Of a DNA stretch of 57,964 bases, positions 19,106 through 31,700 are shown one piece after another. Location of the stretch: NCBI GenBank assembly GCA_033763455.1, contig JANRKO010000049.1, positions 1 to 57,964 of the forward strand, written 5' to 3'. The position numbers were made by a program, and so were the translations under genes. Below the pieces are notes generated by a model. It had not been told where the DNA came from and made no database searches. It saw nothing but the letters and a program-made list of their open reading frames with translations. The stretch comes from Polyangiaceae bacterium (GTDB lineage: Bacteria; Myxococcota_A; Polyangia; Polyangiales; Polyangiaceae). The first letter of the stretch is position 1. Each line of letters opens with the position of its first letter.

Positions 19106-19486
19106 TCACTTCAGCTTGAACGGGTACTTCTCGCCGTAACGGTCGACGTATGGTTTGTACTCGCCGCGATCTGCTACGACCATCGCTAGGAATAAGATTA
19201 GGAACAAGACGCCCGCGGCAAAGGCCAGCGCGTTGAATCGCTTATCCCAGGCCAAATGCATGAAGAAGGTCACCACGAGTCCGGCTTTGATGGTTGCGAT
19301 AACCATCGCGATGATCAGGTTCCCGTCGGCCCCGAAGTCCAAAGCCGTAACCCCGACCGTCACGACCGTCAGGAACAACAGCGCCAACAAGATCCCAACC
19401 AGGAGCCACACAGGCGTTGTATGAGCGAGACCGTGGCCATGAGAGTCTTGCGAATCGTGCGAAGAAGGTGCTTTTGAGTCAGCCAT
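19106..19486 (-). CDS. Cytochrome c oxidase subunit IV (caa3-type)
   Basis: Three TMs, IATIKAGLVVTFFMHL motif; last gene of the cox operon. Confidence 0.85.
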   Translation of the reverse strand: MADSKAPSSHDSQDSHGHGLAHTTPVWLLVGILLALLFLTVVTVGVTALDFGADGNLIIAMVIATIKAGLVVTFFMHLAWDKRFNALAFAAGVLFLILFLAMVVADRGEYKPYVDRYGEKYPFKLK

Positions 19487-19518
19487 GATGCGTTCCGTTC
19501 GAGCCAGACGAAAACTGC

Positions 19519-20577
19519 TCAGTGGATCAGGTAGAGGAGAGGGAAGAGGTAGATCCAGACAAGATCCACCAAGTGCCAATAGAGGGCGGCGTAGTCGATC
19601 GGCCCGAAGTAGTTGGGGCCAAACTGGCCCTTCCTGGCCTTCGTAAGCATCCAGAACCAAACAATGATACCGGCGACCACGTGAATGCCGTGGAGGCCTG
19701 TCATGAAGAAGTAAATGCCGAAGAAGATGTGGGCCGTGGGGGGACGCTCAAGACCTGTCGTGGACAGGACGTCGTGCTTGATGATGCCGGCCGCTACCAA
19801 CGGATGGATGGCCTCTTCAGGAGCTTTCATCAGGAGGCGCTGAATGCGGCGCTCTTTGCTCTCCGTGGGCGAGGTGCCGGCTGCGACCGCAGCTACAGGC
19901 TCAGCTTTGGGTGCGGCATCGTTTCCTCGGCTGGGCTTGGCTTGGCCTTCGTATTGAATGGCGGAAATCTTCTCGGCTAGCTCGGCCGCTTCAGGGTGCT
20001 TGCCCTTGAAGCTATCTAGCTCCCAAAGTTCGTGTTCGGGGTTGAAGTGATGCCCCCAAAGCGTTCCTTCGTGGATCTTGTGCGAATACTCTTTGTATTT
20101 CACGCCCAAGAAGGCGAAAGCGCACAACAGCGTGATCACGATGTTGACAACGAGCTTATTTTTTTCCCCGAGCTGGGCATTTCTGACCGCCCACGCAGCC
20201 GTCAAGCTGCTGAGTAGCAGCACGCACGTGTTAACCGCACCCATCGTGGTGTCGAGGTGGTAGTGCGCGTAGACGAAGATCTCAGGGTTCTGCGCGCGAT
20301 ACACGGTGTACGCACAGAAAAGCCCCGCAAAGAACAGCACTTCTTGCACTAGGAAGAGCCAGATCCCGAGCTTACCGGCATCAAACTGCTGTTGAGGCGT
20401 GTCGAAGTGATGGGCTAGGTGCGGGAATTTGCCGTGGCCGTGGTCGTGCCCATTCGCCCCGTGGTCGTGGTCGTGAGCCGCGGCGTGGCTCGCTTCGGCT
20501 TCGCCCGTGCTTGGCGGTGGAGCGCTGTGCCCGTTGGTCCCGGAGGTCTTGGGTGTTTCGGAGGTTGTGTCCGTCAT
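19519..20577 (-). CDS. ctaE: Cytochrome c oxidase subunit III
   Basis: GIWLFLVQEVLFF, NTCVLLLSS, MTGLHGIHV and YWHLVDLVWIYLFPLLY. Confidence 0.92.
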   Translation of the reverse strand: MTDTTSETPKTSGTNGHSAPPPSTGEAEASHAAAHDHDHGANGHDHGHGKFPHLAHHFDTPQQQFDAGKLGIWLFLVQEVLFFAGLFCAYTVYRAQNPEIFVYAHYHLDTTMGAVNTCVLLLSSLTAAWAVRNAQLGEKNKLVVNIVITLLCAFAFLGVKYKEYSHKIHEGTLWGHHFNPEHELWELDSFKGKHPEAAELAEKISAIQYEGQAKPSRGNDAAPKAEPVAAVAAGTSPTESKERRIQRLLMKAPEEAIHPLVAAGIIKHDVLSTTGLERPPTAHIFFGIYFFMTGLHGIHVVAGIIVWFWMLTKARKGQFGPNYFGPIDYAALYWHLVDLVWIYLFPLLYLIH

Positions 20578-20600
20578 CGTAAGTCTCGCTCGGCGGGCGG

Positions 20601-22274
20601 TCAGGCCTTGGTAGGAACGTAGCCCTTGATTTTCTCGTCGTACTCAAGCGTGTCGTAACCGTCGTACGGGCCGCGGTTAACTTCAGGCGGAGTAGCGAAG
20701 TTGTAATAGGGCGGAGGCGAGGCCGTTTGCCACTCAAGCGTTGTTCCGCCCCAGGGATTCGCTGGAGCATCGAACTTCTTCTTCAGGCTTGTGAGCAACG
20801 AGTAGGCCGTGATTAAGAAGCCAAGCCCCAGCATGAAAGCCCCGATGGTGGACAGCTGGTGCAGCCCTTCGAACTCTTCCAAGTAGTTGTAGTAGCGGCG
20901 CGGCATGCCGCGGCTACCGAGGATGAACTGGGGGAAAAAGGTGAGGTTGAGGCCCAGAAACACGACAACGGCGGCAAGGCGCGAGGTGCTTTCTTTGTAC
21001 ATTCGGCCAAACGCTTTCGGCCACCAGTAATGAAGCCCACCTAGAAACGCCGTGATGGAGCCCCCCATCATCACGTAGTGAAAGTGTGCCACCACGAAGT
21101 AGGTATCGTGCAGGTGCACGTCCACGCTCATTACGGCGAGGAACATGCCGGTCACGCCACCGATCGTGAATACCCACAAGAAAGCCAAGGCATACAGCAT
21201 CGGCGTTTCCAGGTGGATGCGCCCCTTGTACATGGTGGACAACCAGTTGAAGGTCTTGATGGCTGTTGGGATTGCGATCAGGAACGTGATGGCGCTGAAG
21301 ATGGTGCCAGCGAGCGTGGATTGGCCGCTCACGAACATGTGATGGCCCCACACCAGAAAGCCCAAGATGGCAATGGCTACACTGCTCAGAGCAATGAACT
21401 TATAGCCGAAGATCGCTTTGCGCGAGAAAACGGGAATGATTTCGCTGATTACGCCGAAGGCCGGCACAATCATGATGTAAACCGCTGGGTGCGAGTAGAA
21501 CCAGAAGAAGTGCTCAAAGAGCACAGGGTCACCGCCGAGGGCGGGGTCGAAAATGCCGATGCCGAAGGCGCGCTCCACGATGAGCATCAAAAGTGTGATG
21601 GCAATCACTGGGGTGGCGAGCACTTGAATCAAGGCCGTGGAATAGAGCGCCCACACAAAGAGGGGCATTCGAAACCAGGTCATGCCCTTCGGGCGCATCT
21701 TGTGGATGGTGACGATGAAGTTGAGACCTGTGAAGATGGACGAGAAGCCAAGCACGAAGGCCCCGAAAGCGGCGGGAATTACCGCTGTTTCGGTCATGGT
21801 GCTGTAGGGTGTGTAGAACGTCCAACCAGTGTCGGCCGCGCCCATCACGAGCGAGAGCAGCATGAAACACGCGCCCAGAATCCACACGTGGTAGCTCATC
21901 AAATTCAGCCGCGGGAATGCCACATCTTTGGCGCCCAACTGGAGAGGCAAGATGATGTTCCCAAGTGCGGCCGGAATTCCTGGAATGATCACGAGGAACA
22001 CCATGATGGCGCCGTGCAACGTGAAGAACTGGTTGTACATGTCGGCGTCCACGCGCGGCAGCGTTGGGCCCGGGGTCCACAGCTCGGCACGGACGAGGAG
22101 GGCAAACAAGCCGCCGAGCGCGAAGGACGCCAAGACGCTGAATAGGTACATCACCCCAATGCGCTTGTGATCGAGCGTGAGCAGCCAAGAAAGGATGCCC
22201 TTCTCGTTGCCGAGATAGTTGTCCGTGGCGCTGGGCACGGGGCTTGCGAAATCGGTGGTGGTGGTAGTTGCCAT
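20601..22274 (-). CDS. ctaD: Cytochrome c oxidase subunit I, A2-type
   Basis: [22 protein letters not shown] (YS motif), [16 protein letters not shown] and GMPRRY. Confidence 0.97.
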   Translation of the reverse strand: MATTTTTDFASPVPSATDNYLGNEKGILSWLLTLDHKRIGVMYLFSVLASFALGGLFALLVRAELWTPGPTLPRVDADMYNQFFTLHGAIMVFLVIIPGIPAALGNIILPLQLGAKDVAFPRLNLMSYHVWILGACFMLLSLVMGAADTGWTFYTPYSTMTETAVIPAAFGAFVLGFSSIFTGLNFIVTIHKMRPKGMTWFRMPLFVWALYSTALIQVLATPVIAITLLMLIVERAFGIGIFDPALGGDPVLFEHFFWFYSHPAVYIMIVPAFGVISEIIPVFSRKAIFGYKFIALSSVAIAILGFLVWGHHMFVSGQSTLAGTIFSAITFLIAIPTAIKTFNWLSTMYKGRIHLETPMLYALAFLWVFTIGGVTGMFLAVMSVDVHLHDTYFVVAHFHYVMMGGSITAFLGGLHYWWPKAFGRMYKESTSRLAAVVVFLGLNLTFFPQFILGSRGMPRRYYNYLEEFEGLHQLSTIGAFMLGLGFLITAYSLLTSLKKKFDAPANPWGGTTLEWQTASPPPYYNFATPPEVNRGPYDGYDTLEYDEKIKGYVPTKA

Positions 22275-22289
22275 CTCTTGTGTGGACTC

Positions 22290-23300
22290 CTACTTCAGGC
22301 TCTTGATGTATGCGATGAGCCCGTTGATCTGCTTATCCGTGAGCTGACCTTTGTACGTGGGCATAGAGGGGGGAAAGCCGACGCGAAGCTTGGCTTGCGG
22401 CTCTTCAATGGATTCTTTGAGGTGGTTCTCGTCGATCACCAATGTGGAGGCGTCGCTATAGCTCTGGCTGCTGCCAAACAGGCCCTTCCAGGTGGGGCCC
22501 ACGCTGGGGCTGCCGTCGATGGAATGGCAGGTCCTGCAACCTCGCTGGTTGGAGAGCTTCTCTCCGAGTGCGGTGGGGGGCATGTTGTCGGCTTCTTCGA
22601 GCTCGCGTTTCTTCCAAGCTTCGAACTTCGCCTGCGACAGAACTACCACGCGGCTCCACATGTCAGAGTGGCTCGTCCCACAGTATTCCGCGCAATGGAT
22701 GGGGAACTCACCCTCTTGATTGGCCTCGAACCAGAGGTCCGTGTAGCGACCAGGGACTGCATCCATTTTGGTGCGGAATGCGGGTATCCAGAGCGAATGC
22801 AGCACATCGACCGAACGAATAAGCACGCGAACCTTCGTGTTCACTGGCACAACAAGCCGCTTGTCGCCCGTCCCGCTGTGCTCGAACCACCAACTCCACT
22901 TCTGAGCCGTTACCTGAACTTCCAGCGAATCTTTGGGAATCGTCCGCAGGTTTACAAAGCCTTTGAAACCCCACGCGAAGAACGCGATGACGATGATGAG
23001 TGGAATCACCGACCAGGTGATTTCAAGAGCAGTATTGTGCTCGCTGGTCTTGTCGGCCTTTTCGTTGGCGGCACGCGATTTCGCGCCATACTTCTTTACG
23101 AAGTAGACCATTGCTAGGATGACCCCGATCGTCGTGATGGAGCACACCCACAAGATCACGTTGAAGAGCCAGTCGATTTCACCGGCGAAGGTCGCCGCCT
23201 GAGGCGGCAACAGAAACGACGGCGATTCAGGCAACTTCGGCGGCCCATCCGGTATCGCCTGGATGGAGCTAAGGCAGTGGAAAAGTAGGTTGGCCATCAT
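22290..23300 (-). CDS. ctaC: Cytochrome c oxidase subunit II with C-terminal cytochrome c (caa3)
   Basis: DVLHS, CuA motif CAEYCGTSHSDM and heme motif CRTCH. Confidence 0.95.
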   Translation of the reverse strand: MMANLLFHCLSSIQAIPDGPPKLPESPSFLLPPQAATFAGEIDWLFNVILWVCSITTIGVILAMVYFVKKYGAKSRAANEKADKTSEHNTALEITWSVIPLIIVIAFFAWGFKGFVNLRTIPKDSLEVQVTAQKWSWWFEHSGTGDKRLVVPVNTKVRVLIRSVDVLHSLWIPAFRTKMDAVPGRYTDLWFEANQEGEFPIHCAEYCGTSHSDMWSRVVVLSQAKFEAWKKRELEEADNMPPTALGEKLSNQRGCRTCHSIDGSPSVGPTWKGLFGSSQSYSDASTLVIDENHLKESIEEPQAKLRVGFPPSMPTYKGQLTDKQINGLIAYIKSLK

Positions 23301-24172
23301 GCTGCTCTAGGCTTTCTTTTTCTTTCGGAGCGCCACATAAAAGCCAGGAAGGCGCCGAGACCAAAAACGGTACCGGCTCCACCGAGCTTCATGATGTTGC
23401 GTGCGACAGGGGCGTAGCGCCCCTCCGAGGCGTCGTAGTGGAAGCAAAAAAGCATCAGTTGATCGACGGTAGTCCCGATTTTCCCTTGCGAAGCCTCGAC
23501 CAGCGCAAGGCTGAGGGTCTTCGGGTTGTATTCGATGCCATACAAGTAGCGGGCAATCTGGCCAGCGGGAGTCATCAGGGCCACGGAGGCCGGATGCACG
23601 TACTCTTGGCGTTTTTCGTTGTAGTTGTAAGAGAAGCCAATCGCACGGGCCAACGCTTGGATGTTCTCTTCCTTGCCTGTGAGAAAATGCCAACCGCCTT
23701 TGGCCGTTTCGCCTCCTCGGCCGTACTGCTTCAAGTAGCGCTGCTGGCTCCTGTGGGCGCGTTCTTGGGTCTCTGTAGGATCCAGGCTCACGGTGATAAC
23801 TCGGTAGTCCTTCCCGAGCTCCCAGGGCACCTGCTTCAACCCATCGACAAATCCGGTTAACACCAGGCTGCACAACATGGGGCAGTTCGAATAATTGAGG
23901 GTGACCACTACCGGCACGTCACCTCGGAAATAATCTTGGAGCTTTACCGCTCGGCCAGCTTCGTCGTGAAAGTCCAGATGAAGCGGCAACTTCTGGTCGA
24001 GGTGCTCGGTGACGCCCACGTTCTTCAGCCGCTTGGGCAGCAGAGCGGTCCGATCGGCAGCCGCGGGCGCAAGCGTGCTCAGGGTGGTGGGCGCAGCACT
24101 AGCTTCTCGGCTCAAGCCGACCAACAGTAGCAACGCTACTGCTCGAAACTGGTGTGCCCAAGCCGAGTGCAT
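23297..24172 (-). CDS. SCO1/SenC copper chaperone
   Basis: CPMLC (CxxxC), VSLDP, WHFLTG and YVH; start chosen at MHSAW. Confidence 0.9.
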   Translation of the reverse strand: MHSAWAHQFRAVALLLLVGLSREASAAPTTLSTLAPAAADRTALLPKRLKNVGVTEHLDQKLPLHLDFHDEAGRAVKLQDYFRGDVPVVVTLNYSNCPMLCSLVLTGFVDGLKQVPWELGKDYRVITVSLDPTETQERAHRSQQRYLKQYGRGGETAKGGWHFLTGKEENIQALARAIGFSYNYNEKRQEYVHPASVALMTPAGQIARYLYGIEYNPKTLSLALVEASQGKIGTTVDQLMLFCFHYDASEGRYAPVARNIMKLGGAGTVFGLGAFLAFMWRSERKRKPRAA

Positions 24173-24176
24173 AAGA

Positions 24177-24848
24177 TTACTGCTGACCGTCTGGAGCTGG
24201 TGTGGGCGGGGCAGGTGGGGCCGGAGGCGGCGTGGGAGCCTGGGGCGCTGGCGCAGTGGGAGCCGCGGGTGCGGTCGGCTGCGGTGCGACCGCCGGGGTG
24301 GTCTTGGGCGCCGGGACTGGGGCGGCCTTAATGGTGGCTCCGGGTGTCGGCGTGCTAGTGGTGGCTGGCGCGGGCGTCGTGCCCGCTTGGCCCGAACCGG
24401 TTGTTGGGACGATAGGCGCGGAGGTTGCCGGATCAATGGCAGGGGCGCCTGCAGCGCCGGCGGCCGCCGGCTCGTTACCTGCTCCAGCAGCCCCGGCATC
24501 CGGCGGAGTGGGGCTCGCAGCGAATGGGTTCTCGGTTACCTCTTTGAGAAACAGCTGCTTAGCGTCTTCAATCGGTAAGGTGGCCGCGCTCTTCTGAGCA
24601 TCCGCCCATCCGCTCGGCTGGTTGAGCGATTCATGTTGCGCACGCTTGAGCTCGCTCACTTGCGTGAGGTTGGCGAGGGCGCCGTGCGTGTCGTCGAACG
24701 CAGACTGCTCACTGCGCACGAGCGCATACAGGGCAAAAGAGATACCCACCATCGCCGCGGTTCCTACGGCGAGGATGGTACCGATGGCGCCTGAATTGAC
24801 CTGGTCGGCTTCGGTAGTTTCGGCGGAGTGGCTTTCAGCTTCGCTCAT
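24177..24848 (-). CDS. Single-TM hypothetical protein in the ACIII operon (ActG-like position) with Pro/Ala/Thr tail
   Basis: One TM and an LPIEDA motif; lies between actF and sco. Confidence 0.6.
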   Translation of the reverse strand: MSEAESHSAETTEADQVNSGAIGTILAVGTAAMVGISFALYALVRSEQSAFDDTHGALANLTQVSELKRAQHESLNQPSGWADAQKSAATLPIEDAKQLFLKEVTENPFAASPTPPDAGAAGAGNEPAAAGAAGAPAIDPATSAPIVPTTGSGQAGTTPAPATTSTPTPGATIKAAPVPAPKTTPAVAPQPTAPAAPTAPAPQAPTPPPAPPAPPTPAPDGQQ

Positions 24849-24855
24849 GGCTTCC

Positions 24856-26136
24856 TCAGACATTCTCGAACGCAAGGGAGGTTTCGAGGCGTGGATCCCC
24901 GACGGGCACCAGATTCACTTTTCGTGCTCGGTAGGCCACAGCCGCTATAAACACGCCGGTTAAGCCAATCCAGCAGGAAAGATCCAGGAGATGCAGCTCA
25001 GGGCCTTGCACGAAGGTGGTGGGCATTACCAGCCAGTACATGTCCACGTAGTGCACGAACAGCACCCAAAGCGCGCCCAAAGCGATGCCCGTGCGATGGC
25101 GTTTCACATGTCTAGACAAAAGGAAGGCGAAGGGCATGACGAAGTGCCCGATGAGCTGAAACCAGGTCACACTGAGCCAGCCATTTTCGACCCTGAGCAA
25201 GTACCAATGCGTTTCTTCAGGAATATTCGCGTACCAGATCAGCATGAACTGGCTAAAGGCGATGTACGCCCAGAAGATGGTGAAAGCGAACATCATCTTG
25301 CCGATGTCGTGGAAATGTTCTTGCGACACCGTCTTTACCAGCGTGCCGCGCTTCTGGAGCCACAACAGTGTGAGGGCGAGCGAAGCGTGAATAGCCAACA
25401 CACAGCCGGCGAGGTAGTAGATCCCAAAAATCGTCGAGAACCAGAGAGGGTTCAGGGACATCAAGAAGTCGATAGCGGCGAACGTGAGCGTAACCGCGAC
25501 GCCCATCATTGCTGGGCCGGCTAAGCGCCGCAGGCGCCGCGACTGAGTGTCGGAGCTTGCCTCGTCTTGCTTGAGTGAACTCTTTAGAAGGTGCTGCGAC
25601 AAGAGCACCCAGAATGCAAAGTAAACGGCTACGCGAATCGCGAAGAACGGCACGTTGAGGTAGGCCGACTTGTGGTGAAGCGCGTGATCTTCCGCCATGC
25701 GGTTATGGTCGACCCAGAGGTAGAGGTCGGAATTGCCGAGCAAGGCGGGGATGACGATAGGGAGCGAGAGAATGGCCAAGAGGCCCGCGTTGGCCGCGAT
25801 AAGCTCGCCTATACGCCGGACCACAATGCTCCATTTGGCGTTCACCAGATGCTGCAACGTGACCCACCACACGCCCCCAAGCCCGATGCTCAGCACCCAC
25901 ATGAAAGCGACCAGATACGAATACTGGAACCGCTTGAAGTCTCCCATGCCCAACACCGCGCTTGCAGCAAGGCCCAGGAGCCCAACGCTCCCCGCGGAAA
26001 CGAACAGGCGTTGAGTGTCGACGGAATTGCGGATTACATCGCCCCACGCGCTCGTTCCGCCGCCGGACCCTTTGCCAGGGTTCTGAGGCTTTTCGGAGCC
26101 TTTGTTCTTTTTATTCTTGGAATTTGACTCTGCCAT
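24856..26136 (-). CDS. actF: Alternative complex III membrane subunit ActF
   Basis: About 10 TMs; DFLMSLNPLWFSTIFG, HDIGK and QFMLIWYANIPEE. Confidence 0.88.
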   Translation of the reverse strand: MAESNSKNKKNKGSEKPQNPGKGSGGGTSAWGDVIRNSVDTQRLFVSAGSVGLLGLAASAVLGMGDFKRFQYSYLVAFMWVLSIGLGGVWWVTLQHLVNAKWSIVVRRIGELIAANAGLLAILSLPIVIPALLGNSDLYLWVDHNRMAEDHALHHKSAYLNVPFFAIRVAVYFAFWVLLSQHLLKSSLKQDEASSDTQSRRLRRLAGPAMMGVAVTLTFAAIDFLMSLNPLWFSTIFGIYYLAGCVLAIHASLALTLLWLQKRGTLVKTVSQEHFHDIGKMMFAFTIFWAYIAFSQFMLIWYANIPEETHWYLLRVENGWLSVTWFQLIGHFVMPFAFLLSRHVKRHRTGIALGALWVLFVHYVDMYWLVMPTTFVQGPELHLLDLSCWIGLTGVFIAAVAYRARKVNLVPVGDPRLETSLAFENV

Positions 26137-26142
26137 GGTCGT

Positions 26143-27375
26143 CTACTTCAGGTTCTGACGTTGCTCGGCTGTGAGTTCACCGAGGCTGGCAGCTCGGCTT
26201 TTCTGGAGAGCGCGCAGATAGAGGATGATTGCCCAGCGATCCTCTGCGGAGATTTGTGGTCCGTATGCGGGCATGCTGCGGATGCCGTTGGTGATGGTGT
26301 CGAAGAGCTGCCCAACCGGTTGTTGACGAAGGTACTCCTGGTGCACATTGGTGGGTGGCACCCAGCCTTGACCGAGCGTGCTAGCGCGCACGTGGACCAT
26401 GCCTTTGCCGTCCCCCGTCTGTCCGTGACATGGCGTGCAGTAGATCCCAAAACGCTGCTCGCCGCGCGCCATCATGTCAGCATTTGGCGTCATCTGACTC
26501 GGGAACGTACGAGCCCACGCGTCCCCAACCTTGCCTCGATAGAGGTGGTCATCGTCCCAGAGCTGGCCGTGAGCTACGGTGCCTTTCACAGGCTCCCGCA
26601 TCGAACGGCCGTCGTCGAACACCAGGTTTTCACGCTGAGTTTTGAACTTGGGCTGCGAATCCATGTCTGCGATGGCGTGGATTCGCGTGCTGCGGCTTTT
26701 GGCTGTGCGCGCTTTCGCGAAGAGCGCGAAGGGAACGAGCGCGATAGCGGTAACCACGATAACACCGTAGATGAGCCCCGTTGGGAACTTCGCGGAGGTC
26801 GTGCGGTCTTCGGGTACCTCCTCGAGCGCCACTGGGTGCGTCTTTTCGAGAAGGTGTTTGGTGCTCGCCTCATCAAACTTGGGATCGCGTGCTTCGACAA
26901 CGAGGAAGAATTTATCGTCAGTGGAGCGAGCAAAACGCGTCTTGAGGTCCAGCGGGTGCGCAGGCTCGGGTAGGCCATTCATGACCAGCATGCCCACCAT
27001 CGCAGTGATACCTGCGAAGAGCACGGTGAGCTCGAACATGATGGGGACGTTGGCTGGCAAGCTCCAGAAGGGCTTACCACTTACGATCCACGGGTAATCC
27101 ACCGCGTTGGTCCACCACTGCAGCCACACCGCGAGGCTAAGGCCCGTGAGTGCCGCCCCCAGCACCAACCAGGGAAGGCGGGTCATGCGGATGCCCATGG
27201 CGCGGTCAATGCCGTGAACAGGGAAAGGCGTGAATGTGTCCCAACGCGTAAAGCCGGCGTCGCGCACCTTTTTGGAAGCTTCAATGAGCTCGCCGGGCGT
27301 ATTGTACTCCGCTAGGAGGCCGAACAAGGGCGCTTCGGCTTGGCTTTCAGGCGTGGAGGCGTGCTTCTCGCTCAT
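26143..27375 (-). CDS. Fused ActD (DUF3341) - ActE monoheme cytochrome c
   Basis: N-terminal TFTPFPVHG and PIMFELTVL (ActD); C-terminal MDSQPK, CTPCH, GIRSMPAY and DRWAI (ActE) in one frame. Confidence 0.85.
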   Translation of the reverse strand: MSEKHASTPESQAEAPLFGLLAEYNTPGELIEASKKVRDAGFTRWDTFTPFPVHGIDRAMGIRMTRLPWLVLGAALTGLSLAVWLQWWTNAVDYPWIVSGKPFWSLPANVPIMFELTVLFAGITAMVGMLVMNGLPEPAHPLDLKTRFARSTDDKFFLVVEARDPKFDEASTKHLLEKTHPVALEEVPEDRTTSAKFPTGLIYGVIVVTAIALVPFALFAKARTAKSRSTRIHAIADMDSQPKFKTQRENLVFDDGRSMREPVKGTVAHGQLWDDDHLYRGKVGDAWARTFPSQMTPNADMMARGEQRFGIYCTPCHGQTGDGKGMVHVRASTLGQGWVPPTNVHQEYLRQQPVGQLFDTITNGIRSMPAYGPQISAEDRWAIILYLRALQKSRAASLGELTAEQRQNLK

Positions 27376-27385
27376 GTGGGGTTCC

Positions 27386-28795
<1,410 letters not shown>

Positions 28796-28798
28796 GGA

Positions 28799-31700
28799 TT
28801 AACCAAGCTCCGGATGTGGATTGCGGATGCGCGCCAGGTAGCGCACACGGGGTCGATTGTTGAGCTCTTCGAGGATCGTGTAGGCCCGGGGCAGCGCGTG
28901 ATCTTTGGCCACAGCGCTCGTAGGGTCGTTCAGATCCCCGAAGCTGATAGCCTGGGACGGACACGTTTCTTGGCATGCCGTTTTGATCTCACCGTCGGCT
29001 ATCGCCCGCTTGGCATTTTTGGCCTTGATCTTCACGTTCTGGATGCGCTGCACGCAGAAGGTGCACTTCTCCATCACACCGCGTGCCCGCACCGTCACTT
29101 CTGGATTGAAGACCATGTGCATCAGGAGCTTCTTCTTGTCCTTCACCGACTGGAACGGCGTGGCTTCGACCTTATCGAGGTGGAAATTTAGGTAGTTGAA
29201 GCGCCGAACCTTGTAAGGACAGTTGGCTGAGCAATAGCGAGTACCAATGCAGCGGTTGTATACCATGTCATTCAGCCCCTCGTGGCTGTGCATGGTGGCG
29301 CCCACCGGGCACACCTGCTCACAAGGAGCATTTTCACATTGTTGACAAGGTACCGGCTGAAAGCTCAGCTTCGGGTTCTCGGGAGTGCCGCTGAAGTAGC
29401 GATCCACCCGAAGCCAAAGCATCTCGCGGCCCATGAGCACGCTATCTTTGCCAACAACGGGGATGTTGTTCTCCGCCTGGCACGCGGTGATGCAGGCGCT
29501 GCAGCCAGTACACTTGTTGAGGTCAATGGCCATGCCCCACTTGTGCCCCTCGTAAGCCACGGGGTCATTCCACATGCTTTCAAGTGGAGGGTGGTGCACC
29601 AGATGTTTGGCGAAGTCAGGCTCTTTCTCAAATTTTTCGAGGGTGGTTTCGGCGAGCAATAAACCTCGTCGTTCATCAATGCCCTGCTGCCCGATAGCGT
29701 CGATAGCGTGCAGGTCTTGCACTGTCGCTATTTCCTGGCGGCCGTCGACTCGCACGATGGTGGCGCCAGCGAGGACGAAAGGTGTGGCAGTAGTGCTGAG
29801 CGGGTAAGCGTTGGTCCCAACGGGCGTCACATTGGCGTCGTCGTGCCCACCTACGTGGCCAGCGAAATGGCGACCATACCCAAGCGGAATGCGCAGGGAA
29901 CCCTCTGCTTGGCCAGGCACGTACAGGGCAGGGAGCGTCAGTTCCTTGCCGCTCACGGACACCTTTGCAAGATCCCCATCCCCAATTCCAAGAGCTTTGG
30001 CTGTGGCAGGGCTAAGCCAGACGGCGTTACCCCAGGTTTGTTTCGTGAGCGGTTCGGGCAGCTCCTGCAGCCAAGCGTTGTTGCTGAAACGACCGTCGTA
30101 GACTTTGGAGTCCGCGGCGAGCACTAGCTCTAACTTGCCGTTCGTGGCCCCAACCTCTGCGAGGTCGGATTCGGTAAGCGCAAAAGCAGGCAGAGTTGCC
30201 AAGGTAACGCTCGCGGGAGCCGGGGCACTGCCTGGGAGGAGCCCGTCGTGAACGGCTTTATTCCATGCTTTTTGACTGGGTAACAGGGCGGCATGGGTGC
30301 GCCGCACGATGTCCAGCCCGTCGCGTTTAATGTCGTTGACTAGCAACGCCAAAAACTCGATGGCGGATAGACCACCGTGCAGCGGTTCGATGAGTGGCTG
30401 AGAGAGGGTGAGGGTTCCGTCGTGAGCCAAGCCGTCGCCCCACGCTTCGAGTGCATGGGCTTGAGGAATGTGCCAGGTACAGAGCCGGGCTGTTTCATCG
30501 GCGAACTCGGTCAATGCGATGCTGGTCTTCACTTTGCTCAAGGCGCCCGCGAAATCTGCATCGGAAGGCGCGGTGAGTACTGGATTTTCACCAATGATGA
30601 CCAACGTTTCCACGGCATTCGCGGCGATGTCCCGGAGCAGCCCACTCAGAGCTTCGCTGCGCCGTTCGCGCAAAGGGAGCTCTTGATAGGTGACGGTTTT
30701 CCCAACGCCATCGAGCAATACATTCAAACGGTGAGCAATCGCATGCGCTTCTGCCGGCAGGTGGTTACCTGCCAAGATCACTGAGGCTCCTCGGTTTGCT
30801 ACGAGGTCTTTGGCCAGCGTCGCGATGAACTTTTGCGTTGCTGGCGCTTGGAGGGATTTTGCGGACGGAACAGGCTGTGCTCCCTTTCCGGCCTCGCCGA
30901 GCAACTTGCTCACTTCCGCATCGAGCGCCGCCAGGAACGCCTTGGCCGAGCATGCAGGCATCGACAAACGGTGGTCGGCGATTCCACCGATCAAGCTCAG
31001 CGAACTCTCAACGGCGTACACGCGGCTCATGGGCTTGCCCTCCGGCACACGACCTTGAGCGAGGCCACGCGAAGCGATCACTCCTGAGGGATCGGTGGCG
31101 CCTGCGGCGTCTGAATGCACGCTGAGGACGACGCGCGCGTTCTCTAGCTGGTAGACCGCCCGGTGCTGCTTACCAAAACAAAGGGCCGTACCCGCCTCAG
31201 GGTTGTCCGTTTCGACGGCCGAATATTCAACCCACTTGGCTCCGGGAAATGAGGCAAGCAAACGATCGCGGAGGCTGGCCAAGCTCGGAGAGGAGCTGAC
31301 CGAAGCGAGGACGCGGAACTTGCTGCCGTTCGCCTGCCAGCGAGCGCGCTCGCTCACCAGGAACTCCTCGAACTTCTTCCGGGTGGAGGCGGTGCGCGCC
31401 CGCCCCTCAAGATGCGTTACGCCCTCGCTGCGATCCGGGTCGTAAACGCTCAGCACTGCGGCCTGATGGAACGCACTGGCTCCACCGGCGCTGGTCGGGT
31501 GGAGGGGGTTGCCAGTTACCTTGATGGGGCGACCATCATAGCTGGTTACCAAGAGACCCGTGGCCACACCGTTCAGTTCGACAGCTGTTGCGAACTGCCG
31601 TGATTCTCCGGGAACAACGCCTTCGGGGCGTCGGGAAAAAGCCAGCAGCTTGTCTTCCTTGAAGCGGCAGCCACTGAGCGCAATGGAGGCTCCCATGATC

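Noticed and set aside
24173..24499. N-terminal extension of the SCO ORF (likewise the extensions of gloB, esterase, PilZ, CoxIV, ActB and LOG in the ORF track)
   Set aside because: They overlap neighbouring genes or spacers and look non-protein-like; downstream starts fit the families better
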